Below are positions 51,101 to 62,979 of a DNA stretch of 64,000 nucleotides, one piece after another (the stretch's first letter is position 1; each line of letters starts with the position of its first letter). The DNA comes from Basidiobolus meristosporus CBS 931.73 (taxonomy: Eukaryota > Fungi > Basidiobolomycota). The DNA lies in contig MCFE01000236.1 of the NCBI GenBank assembly GCA_002104905.1, positions 1 to 64,000 of the forward strand, in the 5' to 3' direction. Made by a program: the position numbers and the translations under genes. Under the pieces are notes generated by a model, which saw only the letters and a list, made by a program, of their open reading frames with translations, ran no database searches and was not told where the DNA came from.

Positions 51101-54040
51101 AAGATCGCCGGCAAACTTGGCTTTGTCTGCATCGCTGACGTGTTCACTTTTAAGAGTCAGGTCGTAAATCTTTTTCTCAGGATTGACGTCAAGGATTTTG
51201 CCGATTACGACGTCGCCAACCTTGGCAGTGACATCCTTGGTATGCTCGTTAGTTACAAAGCCGGACATGCCATCGTCAAGCTCAATAATCCACCCATACG
51301 GTAGCGTTTGCTGAAGCTTTCCTTGGACATATTCACCAGGATTAGAGAATTGCTCGGAATGTCCTTGATTAAGCTCTTCAAAGTATTCCTCGATGAAATC
51401 GCCACTCTTAGCATACGTAGCGTTGTCGATTGAAGTTTGGGACGGCTTCAAAGAAAGCTCCACTCTGCCTTCCTCAACGTTGACGGACGTTACGTTACAA
51501 AGGACCGTTTGTTGAGGAGAGAAATGATCAGCAGGTGCAGCGACAAATTGATCCGAGATATTGTTTTTGAAAGCAATGCCGCCAAAATCACCAACAAATC
51601 CCACGAACACAGCAAAATCGGTGACATTGCGTACATATCCAGGAATGATGGATCCAACAGAAACCTCGCTGGCTGACTTGGGCCATTGATTCTTTTTAGC
51701 TGCCTTGACCAATAAAGGCTTCCTCGAAACCATTGCGACACTCTTTTGCTCGTTCTTGGCGTAAACAACCATGTCGCTAATGGTATCTCCGACTTTGATG
51801 GAGCCAGTTATGCTCTTCAGAATGGATCCGAGATGGTCACTCAAATGAGCAACCGGGAGCGTGGCGCGAATGTTTGTGGGTTCGAGGATGAGATGAACTA
51901 CGTCTTGCAGAAGAGAGGTTACTTTCCCGGAAACGATTTCCCCGAGAGCAACTGCACTCATGTCGGTGTTACGCTCCTCCCTAGCGATAGCGCTAGAAGC
52001 TTCAGATTTGAAGCTTACGCGAAGCTGTTCACGCTCAGGGTCAACTGTCAACACACGGCATTTAACGACTTGACCGACATTGAAATGAGTCGTGGGATCC
52101 TTGATGAACGAGTCGCTCAACTCAGGTAGTGGTGCCAAAGCCTTGACATTGTTGAAGAAGGTGACAATACAACCGGTAGGCTTCACAGAAGTGATAACAC
52201 CGTGAGTAGACACACCAGGTGCAGCATCGCTATAAGACTTGACGATAGGAAGCTGAGAGTTGACGAGCGACTTCTTCAGAGTTAGGATCACCTTCCTCTG
52301 GCTGGCATCGGTGTGCAATACCCTGCACTTGACTTTGTCACCGGCCTTGAACTTCTTCTCGGGATGAAGGAGTTTGATGTCAGACATATGTATGGTTGGA
52401 ACAAACCCATTGATGGTAGAGCTGAACTCGATCAGAATACCGTTGTTGATAAGCTTATGGATTTTACCCTTAATTACTTCACCAACCTGTATATCATCAA
52501 CATTCAGATACTTCTCATCTAATACGGATTTTTGCATACTGAGCTGCAGTATGCCATCCAAGGAATCATAGCCAACAACTCTGGCTGGATGTTTGGAGCC
52601 GATCTTGTATTTACCGGAATGGCCGCTCAGGCTGGCAACGTGAGAATCGGAAAGGCGCGAGATATGCGTTTGACCAACAACACCTTTTACTCCGTCAATC
52701 TCGCACAAAATGCCAACTCCGGAATCAACTCGTTTGACGGTAACTTTGTCAAAAATCGTTCCCATAGGGATCATCTTGGCATCATCCTTCAAGTCGTATC
52801 CTGAAATTTGAGGTTGAGAAAGAGAGAGCACATGGGGAGCAAGCGACAGTCCGATAATTTTCTCATTCACCCCAAGGGACATGTATAGAATACGAGCCCG
52901 GATTTTCTGCCCGACCTTGAATGCTTTGGAGATGTCATCTTCACCTTCCACAACAAGGCCAAGATGGTTGAAATCAATGGTGCCGTCATAGAAGCCCATG
53001 AATTTACAAGTTATACCGTTAGGGTTGATTGCTGCAACCATGCCATTGATTAAGGTGGAAGGGATCAAAGAAGACATGTTGGACAACGTGTGACTTGGCA
53101 AAGCTTTGGCGACAATGTGAGAGTCGATGGTCATGTTGATGGTTCTATTGTTTTCAGAGACGCTTTTGATACTGCCAAGCACAACTTGTCCGACAGCTAA
53201 GGATTTCTCGGCGGTATCCTTCTTATGCAGAAACCCAGTCACGCCGTCAACTCCTGTCGACAGAAGGTAACCATGATCTTCGACACTTTGAACCGCGGCA
53301 GATAAGACCATTCCCTCACACAGGTCGTCCCTAGCGATACCAGCATTGACGGTGGATGGGTTCAAGCTGAGCTCGATTCGCCTTTTGGCTTTGGCACCCT
53401 TGTCGGACACGCCCTCCAACTTTGTGACTGAGCAATTTACATATTGCCCGACTTGGAATATCTCCTTTAAACTCGGAAGTTGGGTATCCACCATCTCCTC
53501 ATCATCGGAGTCTTCTTCGGCCTTGGCAGCAATCTCAACCAAGGTAGAAATGGCATCAGATATTTCGGTGATGGAAACGAATCCGATCAAGTGATTAGGA
53601 AGAGAAACCGTAACATCTAGCTCGTTGATTTGGGTTACAACACCCATCATGAGAGATCCGGTGGCCAAACGTTTGAAGTTCAAGATATCGATCTTCTTGG
53701 GTTTCTCGTCCTCTGCCTCCTTATCATTCGTGTTGGAAGATTTGGTTTTCTTCGATTTCTTGGAGGCTTTGACCTTTTTGCTGGGAGGCTCTTCGAGGCC
53801 ACTTGTGGTGTCGGAAAAAAGAATATCTTGGTTGACCTGTCTACTAATATCTTTGTATTCCAAAGGAGTCAAGCCGGTGCTCCCACCTCTAGGGAAGTCC
53901 TCGATAGTGGTGCTAGCAGGTTTTGCGGATTCGGCAACAGCTTTGGAGCCCTTCTCGGGTTTTTTATCCTTCTTATGGTCCTTGCTTGCGGGCTTGCCGA
54001 CGGTCGCGGTGTCGGTTCTCTGACGTTTTTGGTTGGCCAT
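48134..54040 (-). CDS. RRP5: rRNA biogenesis protein Rrp5 (tandem S1 domains plus C-terminal HAT/TPR), single exon, 1968 aa
   Basis: DFPRGGST N-terminus; many S1 repeats; acidic linker; [49 protein letters not shown]. Confidence 0.98.
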   Translation of the reverse strand: [1968 protein letters not shown]

Positions 54041-55341
54041 ATTATCGAGTAGTGCAAAGTGGAGACTTGGAAGCGGTGAATTTTTCCTCCGGTGGTAGCT
54101 GAAAATCTATGTAAGGATTTGTATACAAATGGTATATTCAATTGTCGAAGCGTGCGGGAGAGTCGTAACGCGACGTATTAACGTATATAGGAAGTCTATG
54201 TTCGAAGGATTCGAGAGAAGGTCTATCTAAGAGACTTTAAGCAATGGCGAAAGTAGCACCACAACACCCGCTCAAAAACAAGTCAAACAAGCACACTCAG
54301 ATCCACTCTATATCCAGTTGATTCCCAAAAGTGGCTGAGAAATTTAAAATAAAAAAAAATTCGAAAAGAAAAAAAATACAGAATGGAAAAAAAATCCCTC
54401 ATAATTAGGTTCATGTTTTGCAAGATTGGTTAATACATTGGAAATAAAAATAAACATTCCGCCCTGATAGATGAATGTTTGTTTATCATTGACCTCGATG
54501 ACCATCTGTGCTGTCCAACTAGTAATGTCGGAGGGTGTCTTTTTCCACAGTAACGAACACACCATGCTTGAAGATGGATGGTGTGACTAGAGCATTATGG
54601 ACCCTTGAAGTCTGATTTTTATACCCACTCTAAACGATGATAATCTTCATTCATGCATCAATAAATATAGAAATGCTGGTTTGACTACAATCAATCTTTA
54701 AGTCTTCGTTCACCTTTCTACTTCCAGGTTCAACAAAATAATGTTTTGACATAGGATGTGGAGACACAGTGGAGGGAGGCCTTGTTTTGGCCCTCCTGCA
54801 ATCTAAGGCACCGACAGGTACGCTTAGAATGATTCATGGACATGTTTTTGACTTGAGCCTCCATGGTGCGAAATCCCGAGCAACGGTACGTTTGTTAATT
54901 AGAGTCGCTAATCAGGATGAAGCAAATATGCCACCATGACTCAGAAATCGATCGCCAATATTCTCGCAAAACTCCTCCATGTTTTACTCAGCGATTAACC
55001 AAACATAGGTAGCTTTTTCTGTGAAATTGGTTCACATCATCCAATCATTCGATGATACTAATGCTGAAAACCAATACCCATTTTGACTTTTACGTCATCC
55101 GTTTGCATCAACAGATTTAGAAATTATCCAAAAGGCGTTTATTATATAAGTATCTTCTTAGTTTGGAGTCCAAGGCCTGCAAGCTTAGGTTTTTACTAAC
55201 CGTAAAGATACACACCATCTCAGATTCATATTATTTCTCTAAATAGCGGCCCATTATCTCTTCTATTCCGCCGTTGTATTAGGCTATTTGTATAGATTTT
55301 CTTGTCCTGAACAGCTATCTCTTACGTCCACCCTGTCCAGT

Positions 55342-57605
55342 ATGGCTGACGCTGACAATAACATTCTTGCTCCTGCCTCTGAATACTACACGAATGTGTC
55401 AGCTTCCAACAAGAAATTGCTGCGAAACAGAACCCTAAGCGCCGTAAGTTTTTCTCACCAACTACTAGGCCTACGGAGCCTAACCAGTTTTGAGTAGTCA
55501 AATTCCTCCAGATCACTAGCAGATACTGCAGATACATATCGCAGACGCAGAAGGGCCTCGCATGGTAGGTATTTGGTGCTTTCTTACTTCCTCTCATGAA
55601 TCAGCTTTAACCTTTCCAATTTCTAGATGAAAAAACCTCTAGACCTAGGAAGTTTTTGATCGACGTGGAGGAGACTTGGCAAACTATTTTATCTCAAGAG
55701 GATACAGATGGGGATTTTCAAATCACCGTTAATGATGTAGGGCCGAAGGTTCTTCAAGTAGGTACTGCACATTCCGGCGGTTACCTCAAGTACGATATTC
55801 GTGGGACGTACATGCTCTCAAATCTATTGCAAGAGCTTGCTTTGGCCTCAGATTATGGGCGTAAACATGTCGTCATTGATGAAGCCAGGTTGAATGAAAA
55901 TCCTGTTGATAGATTATCAAGAATGATAAAGCACCATTTTTGGGACGGGCTTACTAGACGCATCGACGCAGAGGGTTTCGAAATCATTTGTAAGGACCCT
56001 AAAAATAGAACCGCTAATCACAATCCTCGTATTTATGTCCCGTCCGGCGAAGACGAAACGTATGAATACTATGTCAATGCTTCTAAGAATAGGCCTCATC
56101 TCAACCTGGAGGTTGAGCGCCTTCCTGATATGATTACCCCCGAGTTCGTGCGTAGTATCAATAACAAGCCCGGGATATTGGCGCTAGCAATGGAGAAATA
56201 CCAGGACGAGAATGGGGATGAAGGCATGCGAGGTGTTCCATTCGTTGTTCCAGGCGGTAGATTCAATGAGATGTACGGGTGGGACTCTTACTTCGAATCA
56301 CTGGGCTTGCTCATTGATGGCAAGCTGGAGCTAGCCAAGGGCATGGTGGATAACTTTATATACGAAATTAAGCATTACGGCAAGATCCTCAACGCCAACC
56401 GTAGCTACTATCTTACTCGCTCGCAGCCCCCATTTCTGACCGATATGGCTTTGAAGGTGTACGATGCGCTTCCTCCATCCGATCCTGAAGGCAACAAGAA
56501 ATGGCTGGCCACTGCAATGGGTGCAGCTATAAAGGAATATCACACTATCTGGAACTGCGAGCCACGTTTAGATCCCAAATGCGGTCTTAGTCGCTACCAT
56601 CCGACTGGAGTTGGTATTCCCCCTGAAACTGAGGCCTCGCATTTCGATCATGTAATCGCACCTTTTGCGGAGAAATTGGGAGTCGATATAGAGACATACC
56701 AGAAGCTTTACAACGAGGGCCAAGTTATTGAGCCTGAATTAGACGATTACTTCATCAACGATAGAGCAGTGCGCGAGTCCGGCCATGACACAACTTACCG
56801 CTTTGAGAAGAGGTGCGCGTATCTTGCGACCATCGATCTGAACGCGTTGCTGTACAAGTACGAAATTGACCTAGGGGAAACCATCCAGAACATCTTCGAT
56901 GATAACCTCACTTTACCTGACGGCACAGTGGTAACAAGTGACTATTGGTTTGAACGTGCCAAAAGACGCAGAGCTTTGATTGATCGGTTTATGTGGAACG
57001 AAGAGAAAGGGCTCTACTTCGACTATGATACCCGCCAAGAGAAGCAAATTACCTATGAGTCCGTTACTTCGCTGTGGGCCCTTTGGGCAGGATGTTCATC
57101 CAAAGAGCAGGCGGAGAAATTAGTGAAGGTTTCCTTAGAGAAATTCGAGGTCACCGGCGGACTGGTGTGTGGTACAGAAGAGTCCAGAGGTGTTATTTCA
57201 CTCTCTCGCCCTAATAGACAGTGGGACTATCCCTTTGGTTGGGCCCCTCATCAAATGTTGGCCTGGGTTGGTCTCGAGAAGTACGGATACATTGATGATG
57301 CTCGTCGTTTGGCCTATCGCTGGCTATACACCATTACCAAATCGTTCGTAGACTTTAACGGAGTTGTCCCCGAGAAATTCGACATAGTTGGGATGACACA
57401 TCAAGTCAAAGTCGAATATGGCAACGTTGGTGTAGACTTCAAATACGTGCCTCGTGAAGGATTTGGCTGGATGAATGCTAGCTATCAACTTGGGCTTAGA
57501 TACCTGACCAGTCATATGCGAAGAGCTTTGGGCACGCTAAGCACTCCTGATTCGTTCTTCAAGCCTCATCCTCCCCAAAGCCAGTCACCTGATCTCGTTG
57601 AGTAA
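55342..57605 (+). CDS. NTH1: Neutral trehalase (GH37) with Ca-binding N-domain and PKA-type sites
   Basis: RNRTLSA|..RRRRRASH|DEK; [13 protein letters not shown]; [17 protein letters not shown]; [15 protein letters not shown]; [10 protein letters not shown]; [11 protein letters not shown]; PEKFD; EGFGWMN. Confidence 0.97.
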
Positions 57606-57999
57606 GATCTCAAAAGCTCTTCTAGCTGCTACCACAAAGATGCACATTCAACCGCTTCCGCGCTGAATAAACCCTACAAACATTAATATGTATTGCACAT
57701 TATCACTATCAACTGGACTTATCAATGGTGTTTCGGTGTGCAACCTAACACCAACACAAAATCTAAGTGGCCAAGAGCTATTGGTTGGATGGGTAATTTT
57801 TTTCGAATATGTCCAATCGAGTACTGGAAAAGGTACCAATGTCTCGGAGCCCCGTTGATATTTAAAATGCCTTTATGTTGAATGATTTTATGTGATGAAC
57901 CAAATTAGGATTCATATGAATATATGACAAATATTATTTGTTACAATAAAGGTAGCAGGATGAACTGAATGTAAACATGATTATCATATAGTAATACAA

Positions 58000-59062
58000 T
58001 TACCAAACTTGGTTCATGAATTTGAGAGAGGCCTCAACACCAAGGAAGCATGCCGCATTGGCAGGGAAAGCACGTAGCATAGCCGGGCCAAGACCACGGA
58101 ACAAGGCACTTGGGCCTTCAGTACGCATCAAGTGGGTGAAGACATCCATAACACCCTTGTAGGTTCCCTCGGGAGCAGTTTGGAGGCGGGATTTCAAGAC
58201 ATCAGGGGGCTAGCATATTGATTTGTTAGTTCAAACACTAATCACCATAAAATAGCAATAGACACTTACAATAGCGACAGCCCAGTTAGCCATACCAGCC
58301 AGACCACCAGCAACCAATACAGCCATGGGGCTGAGAGTATCAGGTCCGGTGTCACCGGATAGAGCGGCCTTGGCAAACTCGTATGCACCGAAGTAAGCAA
58401 CGGACCCGGGCACATCTCTCATCAAGGTAGCGCCAGTACCTCTGAACAAACTGCGCATTCCGCCTTCCTTGAAAATTCCAATAGCAGCATCAACTGGACC
58501 CTTGTATTTCTGGACACCTCCAGCGTCACCTTGGATTTGAAGAAGACACTTGATACGCTCGGTGGGGGCCATCAACAAAGTGGCAGGGATAGCAGAGAAA
58601 CCACCGGCAAAGAGGATTTGACCCATGCTGAGCTTCTCATTAGGATCCTGCAGACAACTGTTAAACCACCAAGCCTGTCACCACTCGAATACACCCACTT
58701 ACCAAACCAAGTGCCCATATTTGCAATTTCTTCCCCATGTCATATCCCCAGAAGCACGTAGCAAAGATAGGGGTAACACCAATTAGCGGAGTAGACATAC
58801 CGCGATAGAGACCACGTACACCATCGCGAGCAATGGTTTTCTTGAAGCAGTCAGCAATTCCGGTGTAAGTATTGGAGGTTTGAAGACGGACCTTGATTAG
58901 ATCAAGGGGATGACCGGCGGCAACAAGGCAAATACCACCAAAACCACCGGAAAGGAAGGATTTGACACCGGATGTGCCACCAGTAGCTTTGGTCTCCTCC
59001 TTAATCTCAACAGATTTCTCAACTAGCGAAGCAGGGCTGGGAAGAACTTGTTCAGTGCTCAT
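58000..59062 (-). CDS. CRC1: Mitochondrial carnitine/acylcarnitine carrier (SLC25A20-like), three exons
   Basis: [12 protein letters not shown]; [13 protein letters not shown]; [13 protein letters not shown]; [10 protein letters not shown]; [10 protein letters not shown]. Confidence 0.93.
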
Positions 59063-60893
59063 TATGAAAATTTACTTGGAAATAATGCCTTTGTGGACCC
59101 GGTAGAGTAGGAGGAAGAGAGGACACCAAAACCTTTGAATAGTTCGACCTTGTCTGATCGGTTTATATATGCCAGTTGGGAGGAGACACGGACCTCATTG
59201 CGAGCGAAGTAAGCTTGATCAATGGAATCATGACATGAGTATTTATCACATGGTCAATTAATCTTTATTATTAATATTTAAGCCAATAAGATTTCTGATT
59301 TGTCATTTGAACACGATTCACGTAATAGTAGCATCAATTGAAACAAGTACCTTGGTAGATTCATGCCGTTTTCCATGCTTTTTGGTATTCCCGAAGGTAT
59401 TAGCTGTTACTCGAAAAGTCGTTGTGCGCCGTGCGGCGAAGAAAAGAGTTAGTTCGTCGAATCTTTTGATTATACATGAGACATCCCATTGAGCGCGCTG
59501 GCAAAAAACTCAGACACCCATACGGATAAATCGGAACAGCATGACATCTGGTGGAAAATTAGGCGGGATATTGTTGGTGTCGTGGGAGTATGGAGGGCAC
59601 AATGCTTCGTCATGCTTCAAGTTGTGTCCACTGCCAGATGTCTGCCTGGTTATCATCCTCGCCAACCCTGGAGCAGCCTCGGAAATTCACGGTTGTAGCG
59701 ATTTCAGCCACCCAGACGTCAAAATCTACTAGATGAAGCTGAATTTTAGATCATCTACCAAGATGATATTGATGTATCATTCTTCATAAGGCAAAGCCCC
59801 TACAACAACTCTATTCATGTAACATCCTGAATCTCCAATGGTTCCTTTCATATATGGAACTGTTCAGGCAAATGCTAGGCCTTTATTGATTTTGGAGGAT
59901 TATCTTGAAATTGGTGGCACCGGCCGAGGGCAGCAAATAATGTTCTGAACAACTGGTCATCAACCCAGGCATCTTGTGTGACGGCCATCGTCGAACCTTA
60001 TTCACCGCTTTTCTGCCAGCCTCTTCGTTCCACACTTGCGCTGGTGGACAATCTTTAAACAAGAATGCCATCCATTCATGAAACGAAACGAAACGAGCTT
60101 TTGGTTCGACTATCTTATCTCCGAGATGTAACCAGTTAATTCATCCGAAGTGCACATGGTGCTCACTTGGTCATTTTCTGAATGCCACCGAGTCCGCATC
60201 CCATCCTGACAGCTGATCGGCTTTGGTTACCTATCCACATTGACGTCATAGGCCAGCATCCCATTGACCGAAGCGAATCTGGAATAAATGTGAGGAATTC
60301 TGGAAACAATGGAAAGAGTTGGATACTTGCGATTAGCTTTCAATCCAAGCCTAATCGACTGTTTTAGTAAGTGATCAGCTACATCTCCCCAATATTTCTG
60401 TGTAGAATGATGATTGTTAACAAGCCGGCCTATCCCACCTACAAATCCACCTAAACCATGATTAGCTTAAAATGTACTCATATTCGTGGGCTACACATTC
60501 AAAATTGCCCAAATTTATCATTTTATTGATATGTGTGGCATATTGTTGGATAAACAACATTGTGCAGAAAGGGGTTTTGCGATTTAGTAGTATAAGCTAG
60601 GAATTGCAATTTCCAAAAAGCGATGTTGTTGCCAAAATGACAATTATCTTCTAAAACTCGACTCAATTTGTAGTATTCCGCCTAAACATAATAGTCACAG
60701 CATATTGGGAGAATAATTTCCCAGTGAGTTCCTATGGTCTAGCTCATTTTTATCGTGAAGTTTTTCTGATATTTCTTTTCTGGGGTTATTATAAGGAGAT
60801 GGTATAAATTAAACGCCTCTGTGTGGATTTTCCTTGTTACCTTGGAACAGATATTCTTCTCTCAGAAGCCTCACTCACATCCGTACTACATTC

Positions 60894-61979
60894 ATGAAAA
60901 GCTTTACATCCAAAGAGCATCTGCTCTCCTTGATGGGTCTGTTGGTATGCTTTTCTTCGATAGGTGTTTTGATCCGCGTGGGTTTGGGCCTTGCCTTCAA
61001 ATACAAGAGTCAGCCAGTCTTTGGCCTTATCTATGCACAAATCGTCGGTTGCTTATTTATGGGTGCCGCTATTTCTAGACGTGCCACTATCATGAATTAC
61101 TATCCACCTCTGTATACCGCCATAACAACCGGGCTATGTGGATCGATTACTACTTTCTCCTCTTGGAACCTTGGTTTGTTTGAGGCCTTTGCAAATTATG
61201 ACCAAGGCTACGATCATGGTGTTGACAACGTAGGCGGTATCATATTAATTATAGACTTCGTGCCTGGTTCTCACACGTATTTCTTTCACTAGTTCCTATC
61301 TGCCTTGTCCATTATAATAATCACTCTTGGCATGTCGGTCGCAAGTTTGTTGTTTGGCAAATATATAAGCGAGGTGATTTTTGGCAAGGAGCCCGAAGAA
61401 CTTGAAGTACCAAAGACAGTTCGCGCTTACAGCGTCGGCGAGTTGTCCAGCAAAGATTATCTAGGTGTTGCCCTGGGTATAGCTACGTTAGTAGTATTCA
61501 TTGTAATCCCCAGCACGGTAAAGAATCAGCGAGCCATCACTTTTGCTGCACTCTTTGGACCAATTGGTAAGGAGATACCCATATCCATTTCTACACATGT
61601 CTTGCTGACACCTCCATTCGTTTTAGGAACATTCATACGCTGGCAATTGGCCCCGTTGAATGCCAAGCGACCTGGATTCCCTATTGGAACCTTTTTAGCC
61701 AATATGTTTGGGACAGCTATCTTGGCCTCCTTGAGCTTGATTACTCATGAAACGTCCAACATAACCTCATGCCAGATCCTAGCTGGTATGGCTGACGGGC
61801 TTTGCGGGTGCCTAACTACCATATCTACCTTTACCAATGAGTTGATCACTTTACCAAAACGCAAGGCCTTGATTTACGGATTCGTATCCCTCCTTCTAGG
61901 TCAAAGTCTGATGGTGCTGATTCTAGGAAGTTATCTCTGGACTAAAGGCGACCCCTGGGCAGCCTGTAGTACCCATTGA
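60894..61979 (+). CDS. FEX: Fluoride export protein FEX (two fused CrcB/Fluc domains), three exons
   Basis: GVLIRVGL; ITTGLCGSITTFSSWN; GTFIRWQLA; FPIGTFLANMFG; GLCGCLTTISTFTNE. First in-frame ATG at 60894. Confidence 0.92.
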
Positions 61980-62367
61980 GGATCGAATGGAGGAGTAAAC
62001 GGGAGTAACTTAGGTGTATGATTCCTTCTGTATTTCCAGCTACATTCAAAAGCAACAACATCCACACTCTCTAACTAAGAATTCCGTGATGTCAAGATAG
62101 ATTATTTTATAGATACACTTAGATAATAGTATTTTGCTAGAAGTAAAAGTCCGTTATAAATGTTTATGTTCGGTCAACAATTTTCCACTTTTCTGGATTT
62201 CCAATGGTTCCACCATTGATAAATCAAAATCGTTCTCTGATTAATTTCATAAGGTTGCACGAGTCAATCATAACTTGCATATTATTGGAATGTTTATTTT
62301 GTATTGTTTGTTAGTTCGATGTTACAGAATGGTGGTGACAGTATGTTTATACTACAGCAGACGATGT

Positions 62368-62979
62368 TTACCACCCTCTTGGTCCATTGTCGTATCCTGG
62401 CTGACCGCCATAACCTTGACCGTATCCTGGCTGGTTGCCATAGTTTTGCTGATACCCATAGCCAGGTTGGTTATTATAGCCTTGGTTGCCATATTCGTTG
62501 CCAGGGGCATTCTGGTAGTAGTTGTTTTGTGGAGGTGGTGCGTTGTAGCCTTGGTTGTAGCCTTGATTGTAACCCTGGTTGTAACCCTGGTTTCCGTAGT
62601 TGTTCTCGTAGACAGTCTCGTTGACGATTTGCTCATAACCGGTACCGCCCCTATATTTCTCGTCGGCCAGCTTGTGGGCCTGTGCTTGTGCATGGTGTCT
62701 GACCTTCTGAGCATCCATCCAGTCAAGACCCTTAGTTTCAATGAGTTTGTCGGCTTCGGCAGCAGCGAAACCGGCCAACATTTCCTTCATCAAAGAATGG
62801 CTGGGTTGTTCTCCAGAACGCCTAACGTGGTTTTCGTAAGCCTTCATCGCTTCGAAGCCGGCGGCTCCGGCAATGACTTCATGGGTCAGAGAGCTCTTAT
62901 GGTGCTCAGGGGTGTTATACACTTGTCTATGTGCATCCTCGCTATCTCCGAGGCCAAACAAACTTCCTAAGTCGAACAT
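62368..62979 (-). CDS. CipC-like / DUF3759 protein with G/Y/N/Q-rich repeat tail
   Basis: HKSSLTHEVIAGAAGFEAMKAYENH; HSLMKEMLAGFAAAEADKLIETKGLDWMD. First ATG at 62979, TATA-like element ~55 nt upstream. Confidence 0.9.
   Translation of the reverse strand: MFDLGSLFGLGDSEDAHRQVYNTPEHHKSSLTHEVIAGAAGFEAMKAYENHVRRSGEQPSHSLMKEMLAGFAAAEADKLIETKGLDWMDAQKVRHHAQAQAHKLADEKYRGGTGYEQIVNETVYENNYGNQGYNQGYNQGYNQGYNAPPPQNNYYQNAPGNEYGNQGYNNQPGYGYQQNYGNQPGYGQGYGGQPGYDNGPRGW
62542..62590 (-). repeat. ~4 x 12-nt tandem repeat encoding (GYNQ)n
   Basis: Forward strand: ttgtagcc ttggttgtagcc ttgattgtaacc ctggttgtaacc ctgg. Confidence 0.9.

Noticed and set aside
48305-54141. Numerous short ORFs overlapping RRP5
   Set aside because: Antisense or off-frame shadows of the 1968-aa ORF.
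59300-60100. GC-richer segment with short protein-like frames between CRC1 and FEX
   Set aside because: No consistent exon chain or recognisable domain; RNA-seq would be needed.
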